DNA from: Chiloscyllium plagiosum
Taxonomy: Eukaryota
Reading direction: 5' to 3'
Assembly: GCF_004010195.1 (NCBI RefSeq)
Contig: NC_057718.1
Span: forward strand, 39,860,579 to 39,924,578
DNA: 64,000 nt
Under the pieces are notes generated by a model. It searched no databases. It saw only the letters and a list, made by a program, of their open reading frames with translations, and was not told the origin of the DNA. The stretch's first letter is position 1. Each line of letters starts with the position of its first letter. The position numbers and the translations under genes were made by a program. Below, one piece after another: positions 26,015-36,969 of this stretch.

Positions 26015-26190
26015 AATAAAAACTAAAGAACTGTGGATGCTGTAAATCAGAAACAAAAACAGATGTTGCTGGGAAAGCTCAGCAGGTCTGGCAGCATCTG
26101 TGAAGAGAAATCAGTCAGTCTTTCAGGTCTGGTGACCATTCCTCAGATGTCAACAAGGGTCAACAGACTCAAAACACTGACTCGCATTTC
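26015..26190. mobile_element. Older Penelope-LTR-like fold-back remnant
   Basis: aagaactgtggatgctgtaaatcagaaacaaaaacagatgttgctgggaaagctcagcaggtctggcagcatctg is related to family A. Confidence 0.55.
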
Positions 26191-26677
26191 TCTTGACAGA
26201 TTATATCCATGCTGCCACTTTCCTTTTATTCAATGACTTTCAACTCTGCAAACATAGTTGCTGCATGACATTTAATCAAACGCCTCTTCAAAGTAGATGC
26301 ATACCAAATCAACCACACTTCCTTCATCAAAAAAACTCAGTTAAATCAACTCGTTTTAACAAATCTGTACTTTCCTTAATTAAACCACACTTTTCTCAGT
26401 GATTAAACAAGTCATTTAATTCCTGATCAAATGCAGTACTGCACAGCAAGAATGAAGAAGTATTGTAAAAGAATGAAAAAACTGAAAAAAAAACTACTGC
26501 ATTAAAAATAATCTACATATTTTTGGAAGCTGATAAATAACAGTAGTAGCAAAACTTTCAAAGGTTAAAAACAAAAAAAAGTGTGAAATTTAACCAAACT
26601 TTTCTGAAAGCTGTAAATACAACCTCAACTTCTGTAAGCTTAAGAACAATTGTTCTTCGATAATTAACAATTGTCAA

Positions 26678-26905
26678 GGGGAGACTGTTAGCTCAGTTGG
26701 CTGGATGACTGGCTTGCGATGCAGAATGCCAATTCAATTCCTGTCCTGGCTGGACTCACCCTGAAAGTCAGATGTTCTCAAATTCACCCATTCAAGAGGC
26801 AGAGTGACCCTCGTGTTAAACTCACTGTCAGTCGTCTCTCTCTCTCTCTATCACGACAAAGAGCAACCCTATGGCCTTCAGAGATTATGGTGACTTTATC
26901 TTTTC
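26678..26905 (+). mobile_element. tRNA-derived SINE-like element (third family)
   Basis: Box A-like TTAGCTCAGTTGGC, degenerate box B (ttcaattcc), (CT)n internal tract. Confidence 0.55.
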
Positions 26906-27083
26906 TTTACCTAGTAGCTATACAGTGAAAGATTTAAGTACATATATTTTAGCTACAAGCCATGCCTTATACACTCATGATTAAAAGATAATAGAATATG
27001 GATTGTTACATTGTTAGCGTATCAACTAAACTGAATGGCAGTAACCAACCTGCTATTACAGGCATGCTTAATTTTTATTTACT

Positions 27084-27265
27084 TTGATTTGGAGATGCCG
27101 GTGTTGGACTGGGGTGTACAAAGTTAAAAATCACACAACACCAGGTTATAGTCCAACAGGTTTAATTGGAAGCACACTAGCTTTTGGAGCGCTGCTCCTT
27201 CATCAGGTGATTGTCCAATTAAACCTGTTGGACTATAACCTGGAGTTGTGTGATTTTTAACTTTG
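27084..27265. mobile_element. Family B short element, inverted pair
   Basis: Inverted arms acaaagttaaaaatcacacaac...ttaattgga / tccaattaa...ttaactttgt; duplication tatttact at 27076-27083 and 27266-27273. Minus-strand core CTGATGA-A-GGAGCAGCGCTCC-AAAA-GCTA (G12->A). Confidence 0.85.
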
Positions 27266-28347
27266 TATTTACTATCAGAGCCTTTGTTGTAGTTGTACTT
27301 TGCTACACAAAGAGGAATGCAGCTTCCCTCCTCCATTAAATCTTAGTGGTGTCCCTTCTAACTAACCACACGGTATATTTACAAAACCCAGATATCTTAA
27401 AACACCACATAGGGTTTTGTTAAGAAACTGGCATTCAGCACGTTTTAAGATATTGGGGAATGAAAAACAATTCATTTTAGGCATCACAATCTCTCCCAGG
27501 CTTGATTTACATGTTTAGACAAAAAAAAGCCTTCTTTTACTTGATCCAAAACACATGCCTCAATCCCACAATACTGGAGTTGGGCATTTTCCAATATCCA
27601 ATCATGCAGCTCGCAAGTATCTACCATGGCTCAGATTGTAGAGCACTCTCAGAAGACAGGATGTTCAAATCTGACTCAAGAAGAAAATTCAAACAGTTTG
27701 CAGAGCAAGACCATCAAGTTAGGGCCAAATTCTGAAGCAGTTTATATTGTGAGAGTCCACACCCACCTGTTGAAACTGTCCAAAATAAACTGTTCATTAA
27801 ATCCAAGTACGACTCAGTGATTGTAAATTGAGTAAGAGAAGAAGAGGTCTAACTCACGATATTTTCCCTGTATGAGCAAGCTATTACAGAGATGGTGTTG
27901 AATGAGATGGAAACAGATTTAGAGAAAATCATACTGGCCATCATTCACATACATCTACCAGCAATATAAAACTGGCATTGGCAGTCATTAATCACCAAAG
28001 CAAAACCATAATTAAAAAAAACTTCATACAGTTCTTCAAATATAACACACCATCATCTTAAAGTGAATCTACAGTGAGACCGACTTCAAAGTTGGCAACT
28101 AATAACCATTGTTTTCTGACCAGATCAGATTGTTAGGAACAACACCAGAAAAAAGCCAGCAAATCTCCACAGCAGCTCGGATGCTTGCATTTAGCTTCCC
28201 AACTCAAGATTTCATTGAGTTGACAGATGCAAATCTGAGATGAACTTGATTTCTCATTTTGCATGTATATTTTGGAATTTCAAATAAAAGGCAAATGTGA
28301 ATTGATCCTAAAACTATATTTCTTTGAACTATGCCCCACTCTCTGCT

Positions 28348-28531
28348 CCAGGTTATAGTCCAACAGTTTTATTTGAAAGCACTAGCTTCCGAGATGTTGC
28401 CTCTTCATCAGGTGGTGAAGAGGTAGCGCTCCGAAAGCTAGTGCTTCCAAATAAGCCAGTTGGACTGTAAACTGGTGTTGTGTGATTTTTAACTTTGGAC
28501 ATCCCAGCCCACCACCAGCATCTCCACATCA
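28348..28531. mobile_element. Family B short element, inverted pair (opposite orientation)
   Basis: Fixed family end at the right (ccagcatctccacatca); near-duplication ccactctctgct (28336-28347) / ccactttttgct (28532-28543). Confidence 0.8.
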
Positions 28532-28811
28532 CCACTTTTTGCTGGAGGAATTAAACAGCAGAAACCTCAGTTAATTGTATGTCAGAGCCAGTGACATTAG
28601 ATGAACACACTCACCAGCACACACTTGTCAATATTAGATCTAGTAGCTTCCCCACTCCACATAGTATTTTGAATAGGGACGTCAGGCATTCTCTTTGGGA
28701 TTGACCTCCAGGACTGATTAGGATCATTATCCATTATGCAAAATGAGAAACACTAATGTGGCAGCAATATGGCCATCTTTGCTCTTTTTGTATTAAATGA
28801 ATAATACAAGA

Positions 28812-31800
28812 AAGACTCAGAGAGATGCATAGCACGGAAACAGAACCTTCAGTCCAACTCGTCCATGCCGACCAGATATCCCAACCCAATCTAGTCCCTT
28901 TTGCCAGCACTTGGCCCACGTCCCTCTAAACCCTTCCTATTCATATAGCCATCCCCCGATAGCTTTTAAATGCTGTAATTGTACTAGCCCCCACCACTTC
29001 CTCTGGCAGCTCATTCTAAACACACACCATCCTCTGTTTGAAAAAGCTGCCCCTTAGGTCCCTTTTCTATCTTTCCCCTCTCATCCTAAACCTATGCCCT
29101 CTAGTTCTGGACTCCCTCATCCCAGAGAAAGGACCTTGTCTATTTATCCTACCTATGCCCCCCCATGATTTTATAAACCTCTATAAGGTTACCCCTCAGC
29201 TTCCAACGGTCCAGGGACAATAGCCCCAGCCTATTCAACCTCTCCTTATAGATCAAATCCTTCAACATTGGCAACATCCTTGTAAATCTTTTCTGAACCC
29301 AGAGCTGCATGCAATATTCCAAAAGTGGCCTAACCAATGTCCTGTACAGCCGCAACATACCTCCCAACCCTTGATCAATGAAGGAAAGCAATACCCAACG
29401 CCTTCTTCACTATCCTATCTACCTGTGACTCCACTTTCAAGAAACTATGAACCTGCACTCCAAAGTCTTTGTTCAGCAACACTCCCCAGGACCTGGCCAT
29501 GAAGTCTAGAAGTTCTGCTAAGATTTGCTTTCCCAAAACACAGCACCTTGCATTTATCTAAATTAAACTCCATCTGCTATTCCTCAGCTCATTAGCCCAT
29601 CTGATCACTAATTTGAGGTAACCTTCTTCGTTGTCCACTACACCTCCAATTTTGGTGTCATCTGCAAACTTACTAACTATACCTCCTATGTTCACATCCA
29701 AATAATTTATATAAATGACAAAAAGTGGTGGACCCAGCACTAATCCTTGTGGTACACCACTGGTCACGGGCCTCCAGTCTGAAAAGCAACCCTCCACCAC
29801 CACCCTCTGTCTTCTACCTTTGAGCCAGTTCTATATCCAAATGGCTAGTTCTCCCTGTATTCCGTGAGATCTAACCTTGCTAACCAGTCTCTCGTGGGGA
29901 ACTTTGTTGAACACCTTGCAGAAGTCCACATACATCACATCCATTGTTCTGTCCTCATCAATCCTCTTTGTTACTTCTTCAAAAAACTCAATCAAGTTCG
30001 TGAGACATGATTTCACATGCACAAAGCCATGCTGATTATCCCTAATCAGTCCTTGCCATTCCAAATACATGTAAATCTTGTCCCTCAGGATTCCCTCCAA
30101 TAACTTGCCCAACACCGATGTCAGGCTCAGCGGTCTATAGTTCCCTGGCTTTCACCTTACCACTTTTCTTCAATAGTGGCATCACATTAGCCACCTCCAG
30201 TCTTCCAGCACCTCCCATGTGACTATTGATGATACAAATATCTCAGCCATTGGCCCAGCAATCATTTCCCTAGCTTCCCACAGTGTACACCTGATCAGGT
30301 CCTGGGGATTTATCCAATTTTATATGTTTAAAGACATCCAACACCACCCCCTCTGCAAGATGGACATTTTTCAAGATGTCACCATCAATTTCCCCACATT
30401 CTATATCTTCCATGTTCTTCTCCACAGCAAATACTGATGCAAAATACTCTTTTACTATCTCCCCAACCTCCTGTGGCTCCACACAAAAGCTGCATTGCTG
30501 ATATTTGAAGGGCTCTATTCGCTCCCTAGTTAACCTTTTGCCCTTAATGTATTTGTAACATCCCTTTGGATTCTCCTTAACTCTATTTGCCAAAGCTATC
30601 TCATGTCCCCTTTTTGCCCTCCTGATTTCCCTCCTAAATATACTCTAACTGCCTTTATACTCTAAGGATTCACTCGATCTATCATGTCTATACTCAACAT
30701 ATGCTTGCTTCTTTTTCTTAACCAAACCCTCAATTTCTCTGGTCATCCAGCATTCCCTACACCTACTAGTCTTTTCTCTCACCTTAACAGAAATATGCTG
30801 TCTCTGGACTCTTGTTATTTCATATTTGAAGGCTTCCCATTTTCCAATCTCCCTTTACCTGCAAACATCTGCCCCAATCAGCTTTTGAACGTTTTTGCCC
30901 CATACTGTCAAAATTAGCCTTCCTCCAATTTAGACCTTCAACTGTTAGATTGCATATCCTTTTCCATCACTATTTTAAAACTAATAGAATTATGGTTGCT
31001 GGCCCCAAAGTGCTTCCCCACTGACACTTCACTTACCCATTCTGCCGTATTTCCCAAGGGTAGGTCAAGCTCTGCACTTTCTCTAGTAGGTACATCCACA
31101 TACTGAATCAGAAAATTTTCTTGTACACACTTAACAAATCCTTCTCCATCTAAACTCTTAACACTATGGCAGTCCTAGTCTATGCTTGGAAAGTTAAAAT
31201 CCCCTACTGTAACCACCTTATTATTCTTACAGATAACTGAGATCTCCTTACAAATTTGTTTCTCAATTTCCCTCTGACTATTAGGGGGCCCATAATACAA
31301 TCCCAATAAGGTGATCATCCCTTTCTCATTTCTCAGTTCCACCCAAATAACTTCCCTGGATATATTCCCAGGAATAGCCTCCCTCAGTACAGTTGTAATG
31401 CTATACCTTATCAAAAATGCCATTACCCCTCCTCTTTTGCCTCCCTTTCTGTCCTTCCTGTAACATTTGTATCCTGGAACATTAAGCTGCCAGTCCTGTC
31501 CATCTCTGAGCCAAGTTTCTGTAATTGCTATGATATCAGAATGCCATGTTTCTAACCATGCCCTGAGTTCATCTGCCTTCCCCGTTAGGCCTCTTGCACT
31601 GACAGTTTAATTTGTCAGTCCTACCTTGTTCTCTGCTTTATTCCTGCCTGCCCTGACTGTTTGACTCACTCTTTTCCCCCAAATGTACCAGTCTCAGATT
31701 GATCTCTTTCCTCACTCTTTCCCTGGATGCTCCCACCTCCAGTATATTAGTCCCCTTCCAATTCAGGTCCAATCCGTCCTTCTTATACAGGTCACTTCTA

Positions 31801-33200
31801 CCCCAAAAGAGATTCCAATGATCCAAAAATGCGAATCCTTCTACCCTACACCAGCGCCTCAGTCACGCATTCATCTGCACTATCCTCCTATTCCAAACCT
31901 CATAGCACTGGAAGTAATCCAGATATTACTACCCTCAAGAACCTCCTTTTTAAATTTCTGCCTAACTTTCTATATTTTCCCTTCAGAATCTCATCCTTGT
32001 CCCTTCCTATGTAATTGGTTTGAATGTGTACAATGACTTACTGTGGCCCCTCTCTCCTTTGAGAGCATTCTGCAAGCTTTCTGAGATATCCTTGATCCTG
32101 GCACCATGGCGGCGACATACCATTCTGATTTTTCACTGCTGGCTCAAGCTGTCTGTGCCTCGGACTAGAGACCCCCTTCTAATACAATTGATCGCTTGGA
32201 TTCTGACGTACCCTTCGTTACATTAGAGCCAGTCTTGATACAAGAAATTTGACTGTTTGTGCTACATTTGCCTGAGAGTCCATTGCCCCCTACATTTTCT
32301 AAAACAGCATTCTTGTTTCAGATGGGGATAGCCACAGAAGATCCAGCACTACCTGGCTACCCCTCCTACATTTTCTGGAGTTAACCCTTCTTGTACCTGC
32401 GGCTTTTCTCCCTTCCTATAACTGCCACCCAACAAACCCCCTAGCTCTTGCCTCTAACTGCCACTCCAACAGATTCATGTGATCTGATAGATTTCACAAC
32501 CAAAGACACTTCCTGCAGACATAATCATCAGTAACATAGAAACTCTCCCTAATTCTCCCATATCCAACAGGAAGAGCATATCACTCTATTAAAGGCCATC
32601 TTTGTTCCTTCACAAGCAACAGACCCGAAAAAAAAGCACCATCGTTTTGCTCTAAAAAAAGTGCTCCAGGATAAATTTTAAAAATATAAACTGTAAGTAT
32701 TAAGAAATCAACAGAGAGATCTCAACAAAACATATAATCAAGAAAGAACCCACTCTACTCACTACAGTAGACTTACAGCAAGGTTACACATTACAAACTA
32801 TGCACTCATCTGTTCCCGTGCTGTGAGCTCACCCACACCAGTTCCTCCAAGGTCAGGTGTGAATTTCACTGTTTGTTAATTATTCGTAGACGCACTCTGG
32901 TGCAGTAACCCAGCAAAGGCAGTAACTGTGCAGACTCACTACTGTGTCAGTTAGCTGGGTGGATTTTTTATTGTCTCTCGCTCACCGACCATATCTTGCT
33001 GCCTTTTGTCTGTCTTCCTCCTTTTAAAAGTTCCAATGCTTTGATCTTTTTCCCCCAAAGTTCCAAAACAATGCAACAACTTATAGAACTGTAATTGCTG
33101 TTCCTGGAATTTGAGGAAATCACCTTCAACACCTAAAAGGTGCAGCTCTTACAGCCACAACAGTTTTTCCCCATCCTCCATCTTGGATTACCCAGAATTT
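28812..33200 (-). mobile_element. Near full-length, disabled CR1 LINE (5' UTR, ORF1 with esterase-like domain, ORF2 EN+RT, 3' UTR)
   Basis: Minus-strand ORF pieces: LYKKDGLDLN (ORF1 SGNH-like), VGDFNFP (EN), KSPGPD, SCLTNLIEFFEEVT, SGVPQG.VLGP, SKFADDTKIGG (RT), LVRPLLEYC. 5' boundary approximate. Confidence 0.9.
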
Positions 33201-34016
33201 CCACTTCCATTCCCGTTTTTAGTTTCCTCTTAAAATAAATCAGAATGCTTGGGAGGGATTGAGTTAGTGTGATTGCCCTTCCCTCATTCAAGCTAATTTA
33301 AAGTTGGATCATCGCGACAGTAAGCATAATAAAGAATTCATGCAGCAGTTTTAGTCAAATCCTCAGGACAATGACAAGTTGGAGAAGCCGCAATACATTT
33401 CTATTCAAACTAACACCGAAAAAGGTAGCATATTCGTTTTTTGCAATTGCAATCATTAGGCTGAATTTTCTTTACAAAAAACACCAAAGCTACTAATCAC
33501 CAAATTAATCTGTTTAGAGGGAACATGACTTGTCCAATTTCACTGCCATCCTAAATAAATTTCAATATCCAATCTAAGTTTAAGCCTTGTAAATTTGCTG
33601 AACAACAACCAGAGATACCACTGAACATTTTATAGCTTTAAACTTTGGTTTGGTAGGGAGGGAAATGTTTGCAAGGGTGCATTACTATACATAACACATA
33701 ATATTATAAAATACTGTTTCTTCACTGTCACCGGGTCAAAATCCTGGAACTCCCTCTCTAACTGAATTGGGGGTACCCTAAACCATATGGACTGCAGGAA
33801 GAGGCAACTCACCACCACCTCAGCAAAGTGAGCAACACACACATCCTGTGAACAATTTGTTTTACAAAGTAAATTTCTACCGAAGACAAGCACTGGTAAC
33901 ATAAGGGCAGTAAGTTCACTGCAATTTTCTCCCTGCTTCAAACTGTGATCACAATTATTTCTTCAGATCTGAACTGAGATTCATGAGGCACTAAAATTTG
34001 GTAGCCATTTTAATAT

Positions 34017-34248
34017 GGGAGAAAGTGACGACTGCAGATGCTGGAGGTCAGAGCTGAAAATGTGTTGCTGGAAAAGCGCAGCAGGTCAGGCAGCATCCAA
34101 GGAGCAAGAGAATCGACGTTTCGGGCATGAGCCCGAAGAAGCCCGAAAAAATGCTGCATTCCTGAAGAAGGGCTCATGCCCGAAACGTCGATTCTCCTGC
34201 TCCTTGGATGCTGCCTGACCTGCTGCGCTTTTCCAGCAACACATTTTC
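34017..34248. mobile_element. Family A short element, young head-to-head inverted pair with one intact hammerhead core
   Basis: Near-perfect inverted arms of about 80 bp; 14 bp duplication agccattttaatat at 34003-34016 and 34249-34262. Plus strand 34162-34189 = CTGAAGA-A-GGGC-TCAT-GCCC-GAAA-CG-TC. Confidence 0.88.
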
Positions 34249-34407
34249 AGCCATTTTAATATCCCAATTCTAATAAAAATAATTCCATTCAGAGAGATAT
34301 TTTATTGAATTAATGACAATTTTTTTAAAACTTGCTTGTCTTTTTCAATCTGAAGCAGAAGACCAGTAGACACTAAGAGAAATCTTCTAAATGATACTGA
34401 TAGTCAT

Positions 34408-34470
34408 GGTAAAGTAATGACCAAGTGAAGGGGAAGGTAGGGTGACTCTTCACCTGGTCATTACTTTACC
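34408..34470. repeat. Isolated 23 bp inverted repeat with 17 nt spacer
   Basis: GGTAAAGTAATGACCAAGTGAAG (34408-34430) / CTTCACCTGGTCATTACTTTACC (34448-34470), one mismatch. Confidence 0.9.
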
Positions 34471-34489
34471 TCTTCCTCAAAGCTCACAA

Positions 34490-35392
34490 GTATAGAAACA
34501 TAGAAAACAGGAGCAGGGGTTAAGTGTTCAGCCCTCCAAGCCTGTTCTATCATTCAATGCAATCATGGATGATCAATCAACTTGGTACCCTGTTCCCATC
34601 TTCTTTCCTTATCCTTTGATTCTTTTAGCTATAATAACTATACCTAACACCTTCTTGAAAACATTTAATGTTGTGGCCTCAACTGCTCTCTATGGCAGAG
34701 AATTCCACAGGCTCACCACTCTGAGTGAAGAAACTTCTCATTTCAGTCCTAAATTACCTACCCTTGATCTTTAAATTGTGATCCCTCGTTCTGGACTCCC
34801 CAGACAGAGGAAACATCTTTTCAGCGTTTACTCTGCCTAGTCCTGTTAGAATTTTATAGGTTTCTCTGAGATGCTCACTCATTCTTCAAAGCTTCAGTGA
34901 ATATCATCCTAAATGATTTCACATGTCAGTCCTACCTTCACAAAAATTACTCTTCACTGCATTTTCACAATAGCCAGAACAATTTTCCTCATTTGAAAGG
35001 AGGCCAGAAATGGACTCAAAACTCCAGAGGTGGTCTCACCAGTAACTTGTCCAACTGCAGAAAGACATCCCTGCTCCTATACTGTCACGGCAAAGGCCAG
35101 CATACTGTTTGCCTTCTTCAGTACACACTGGACCTACATGCTTACTTTCAGTGACTGGTGTACAAAGCCACCAAGTCCTTGTACCTCCCCTTTCCCCGAT
35201 CTATCACCATTTAAATAGTAACCTGCCTTCTTGTTCTTGCTACCAAAGTAAATGACCTCACATTTATCCACATTATACTTCATCTGCCACACGTGCCCAC
35301 TCGCTCAACTTATTCAAATCACACTGAAGCAACTCTGCATCCTCCTTACAATTCATCGCTCCACCTAGCTCGGTGTCATCTGCAAATTTGGA
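34490..35392 (-). mobile_element. CR1 LINE 3' fragment
   Basis: tagaaacatagaaa tail repeat at the left end; gtgtcatctgcaaatttgga (SKFADDT) at the right end. Confidence 0.8.
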
Positions 35393-36969
35393 GGTAAGGA
35401 GGCTTGAAGATGGTCAGCTAAACAAAGATTTTAATTTCCTTAGCGCATAGCAATATCACACAGCAAATAAAACAAACTCTGTGCAAGTCAAAATTAAGGA
35501 ATGAATTATAAAAGGTTTTAAGTGAAGAAAGAGTAATGAGCAAAATTTCTAACCCTAAGATAACTAATAAAATGTGACAGTAAACACTTATGAAAAAATG
35601 ATATATATGCAGTTTAAGTGGCTGTTAAGCTTTGAAATTGTTATAGTTGGAAAAGAAACCACAGCTGTTTAGTTACAGTCTTGTATCCTCAACAATAGTG
35701 AAATTTGCAGAATCCTAGAGTTCTTGGTGAATGACTGTTGCTCCTCTTTGCTTTATTATTTGTGCTAGTTTAAGAGTGAGCATGTAAAAGAGAACATGAA
35801 TGTGAGAGAGTGCACAAGTGAGAGTCTGAGTTCCAGTCCTTGCTGTTACCTACATATTTTCTTTCTCTGTGCGCTGCCCTGCCAAACAGTTACTCAAACT
35901 TGGTTCATTAGTGTATTTTCCAAGTCTGGCACCAGTCTAAACAATTGCAGGCAACCCTATCATATACAAGAATTTGCACATTTTGGACAAGTGTAAATTA
36001 AAACAGGAGATTGAGAATTTGTTGATGCCTGATTTAATTGATCAGTTTCAATATCTTTAGATAAATAATTATTTCAGTTGAGACAATTTTGTTCATGCTA
36101 CATTGGTTTCGAGAACTGGTTTTAATCTCTGACCGGGGGTCACTGCAGTGCTTTTACATCCATGCTTCTTCCTTGTTTTCTCCTCAAATTAGTTTAGTTG
36201 ATAAAAGTCTCCAGTATTAAAATCTGATGTCAGAAGTTGAAAATTGATAGTCCATATCTTATCAGCATTGTCCCAGTGTGCTCTAGACCTCAAATAGAAA
36301 TTGCTATTCCATTTTAATAATTACACGTAATCAGGCCAAATATCTTACAAATGCAAGTACAAAAAGAATTTAATACTATATAGAATCAAATCTAAATCAG
36401 TATTCAATTGAAATACCTGTTTAACAGCTATAAAATGTGGCAAACTATCTAAGTCCTCCTAAAATTATCGATTAACATTCTAATTCACAATTACTGCACT
36501 TAGGTTATTTAAGGGCAACAATACAGCTTGTGATCACAGCAGCAATTTATCTATTCTACTTTTTAAAATAATTCTATATTTTATCAACCTAAATGGACAG
36601 CCAACTGAAAACCTATCGCATCGGGTATCACAGCTGAGACAGGATATACAACATGGTAACTCCTTGAGCAAGCAACTGTGTTTTGGGTTATGGATCAGCG
36701 TCCTTGCAGATAATTTTTCTCCCTTCCTCTAATGCAATAGCTGAATCATTGTTCATTCTTGTTCTTGACAGTGCAAGGTTAATTGCAGTCCAGCACATCA
36801 CCCAATTGTTCCCTACTTGTGATCCTTAACAGGATGTTGCTTAAAATTGTGAAACAAGTCTTGCTGTAATCTTCACACAGCAGGGAGCCTGAAACCCCAT
36901 ACTCAGTATACAAAGTCCACATGATCAACTATAGGAGTTGGAGGGGAATCCTGAAATGTTCAAGATCAC

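Noticed and set aside
23954..28531. Family A/B inverted repeats as DNA-transposon MITEs or CRISPR-like repeats
   Set aside because: Arms are asymmetric with one fixed and one variable end, TSD length varies, and there is no repeat-spacer array; a Penelope-type origin fits better.
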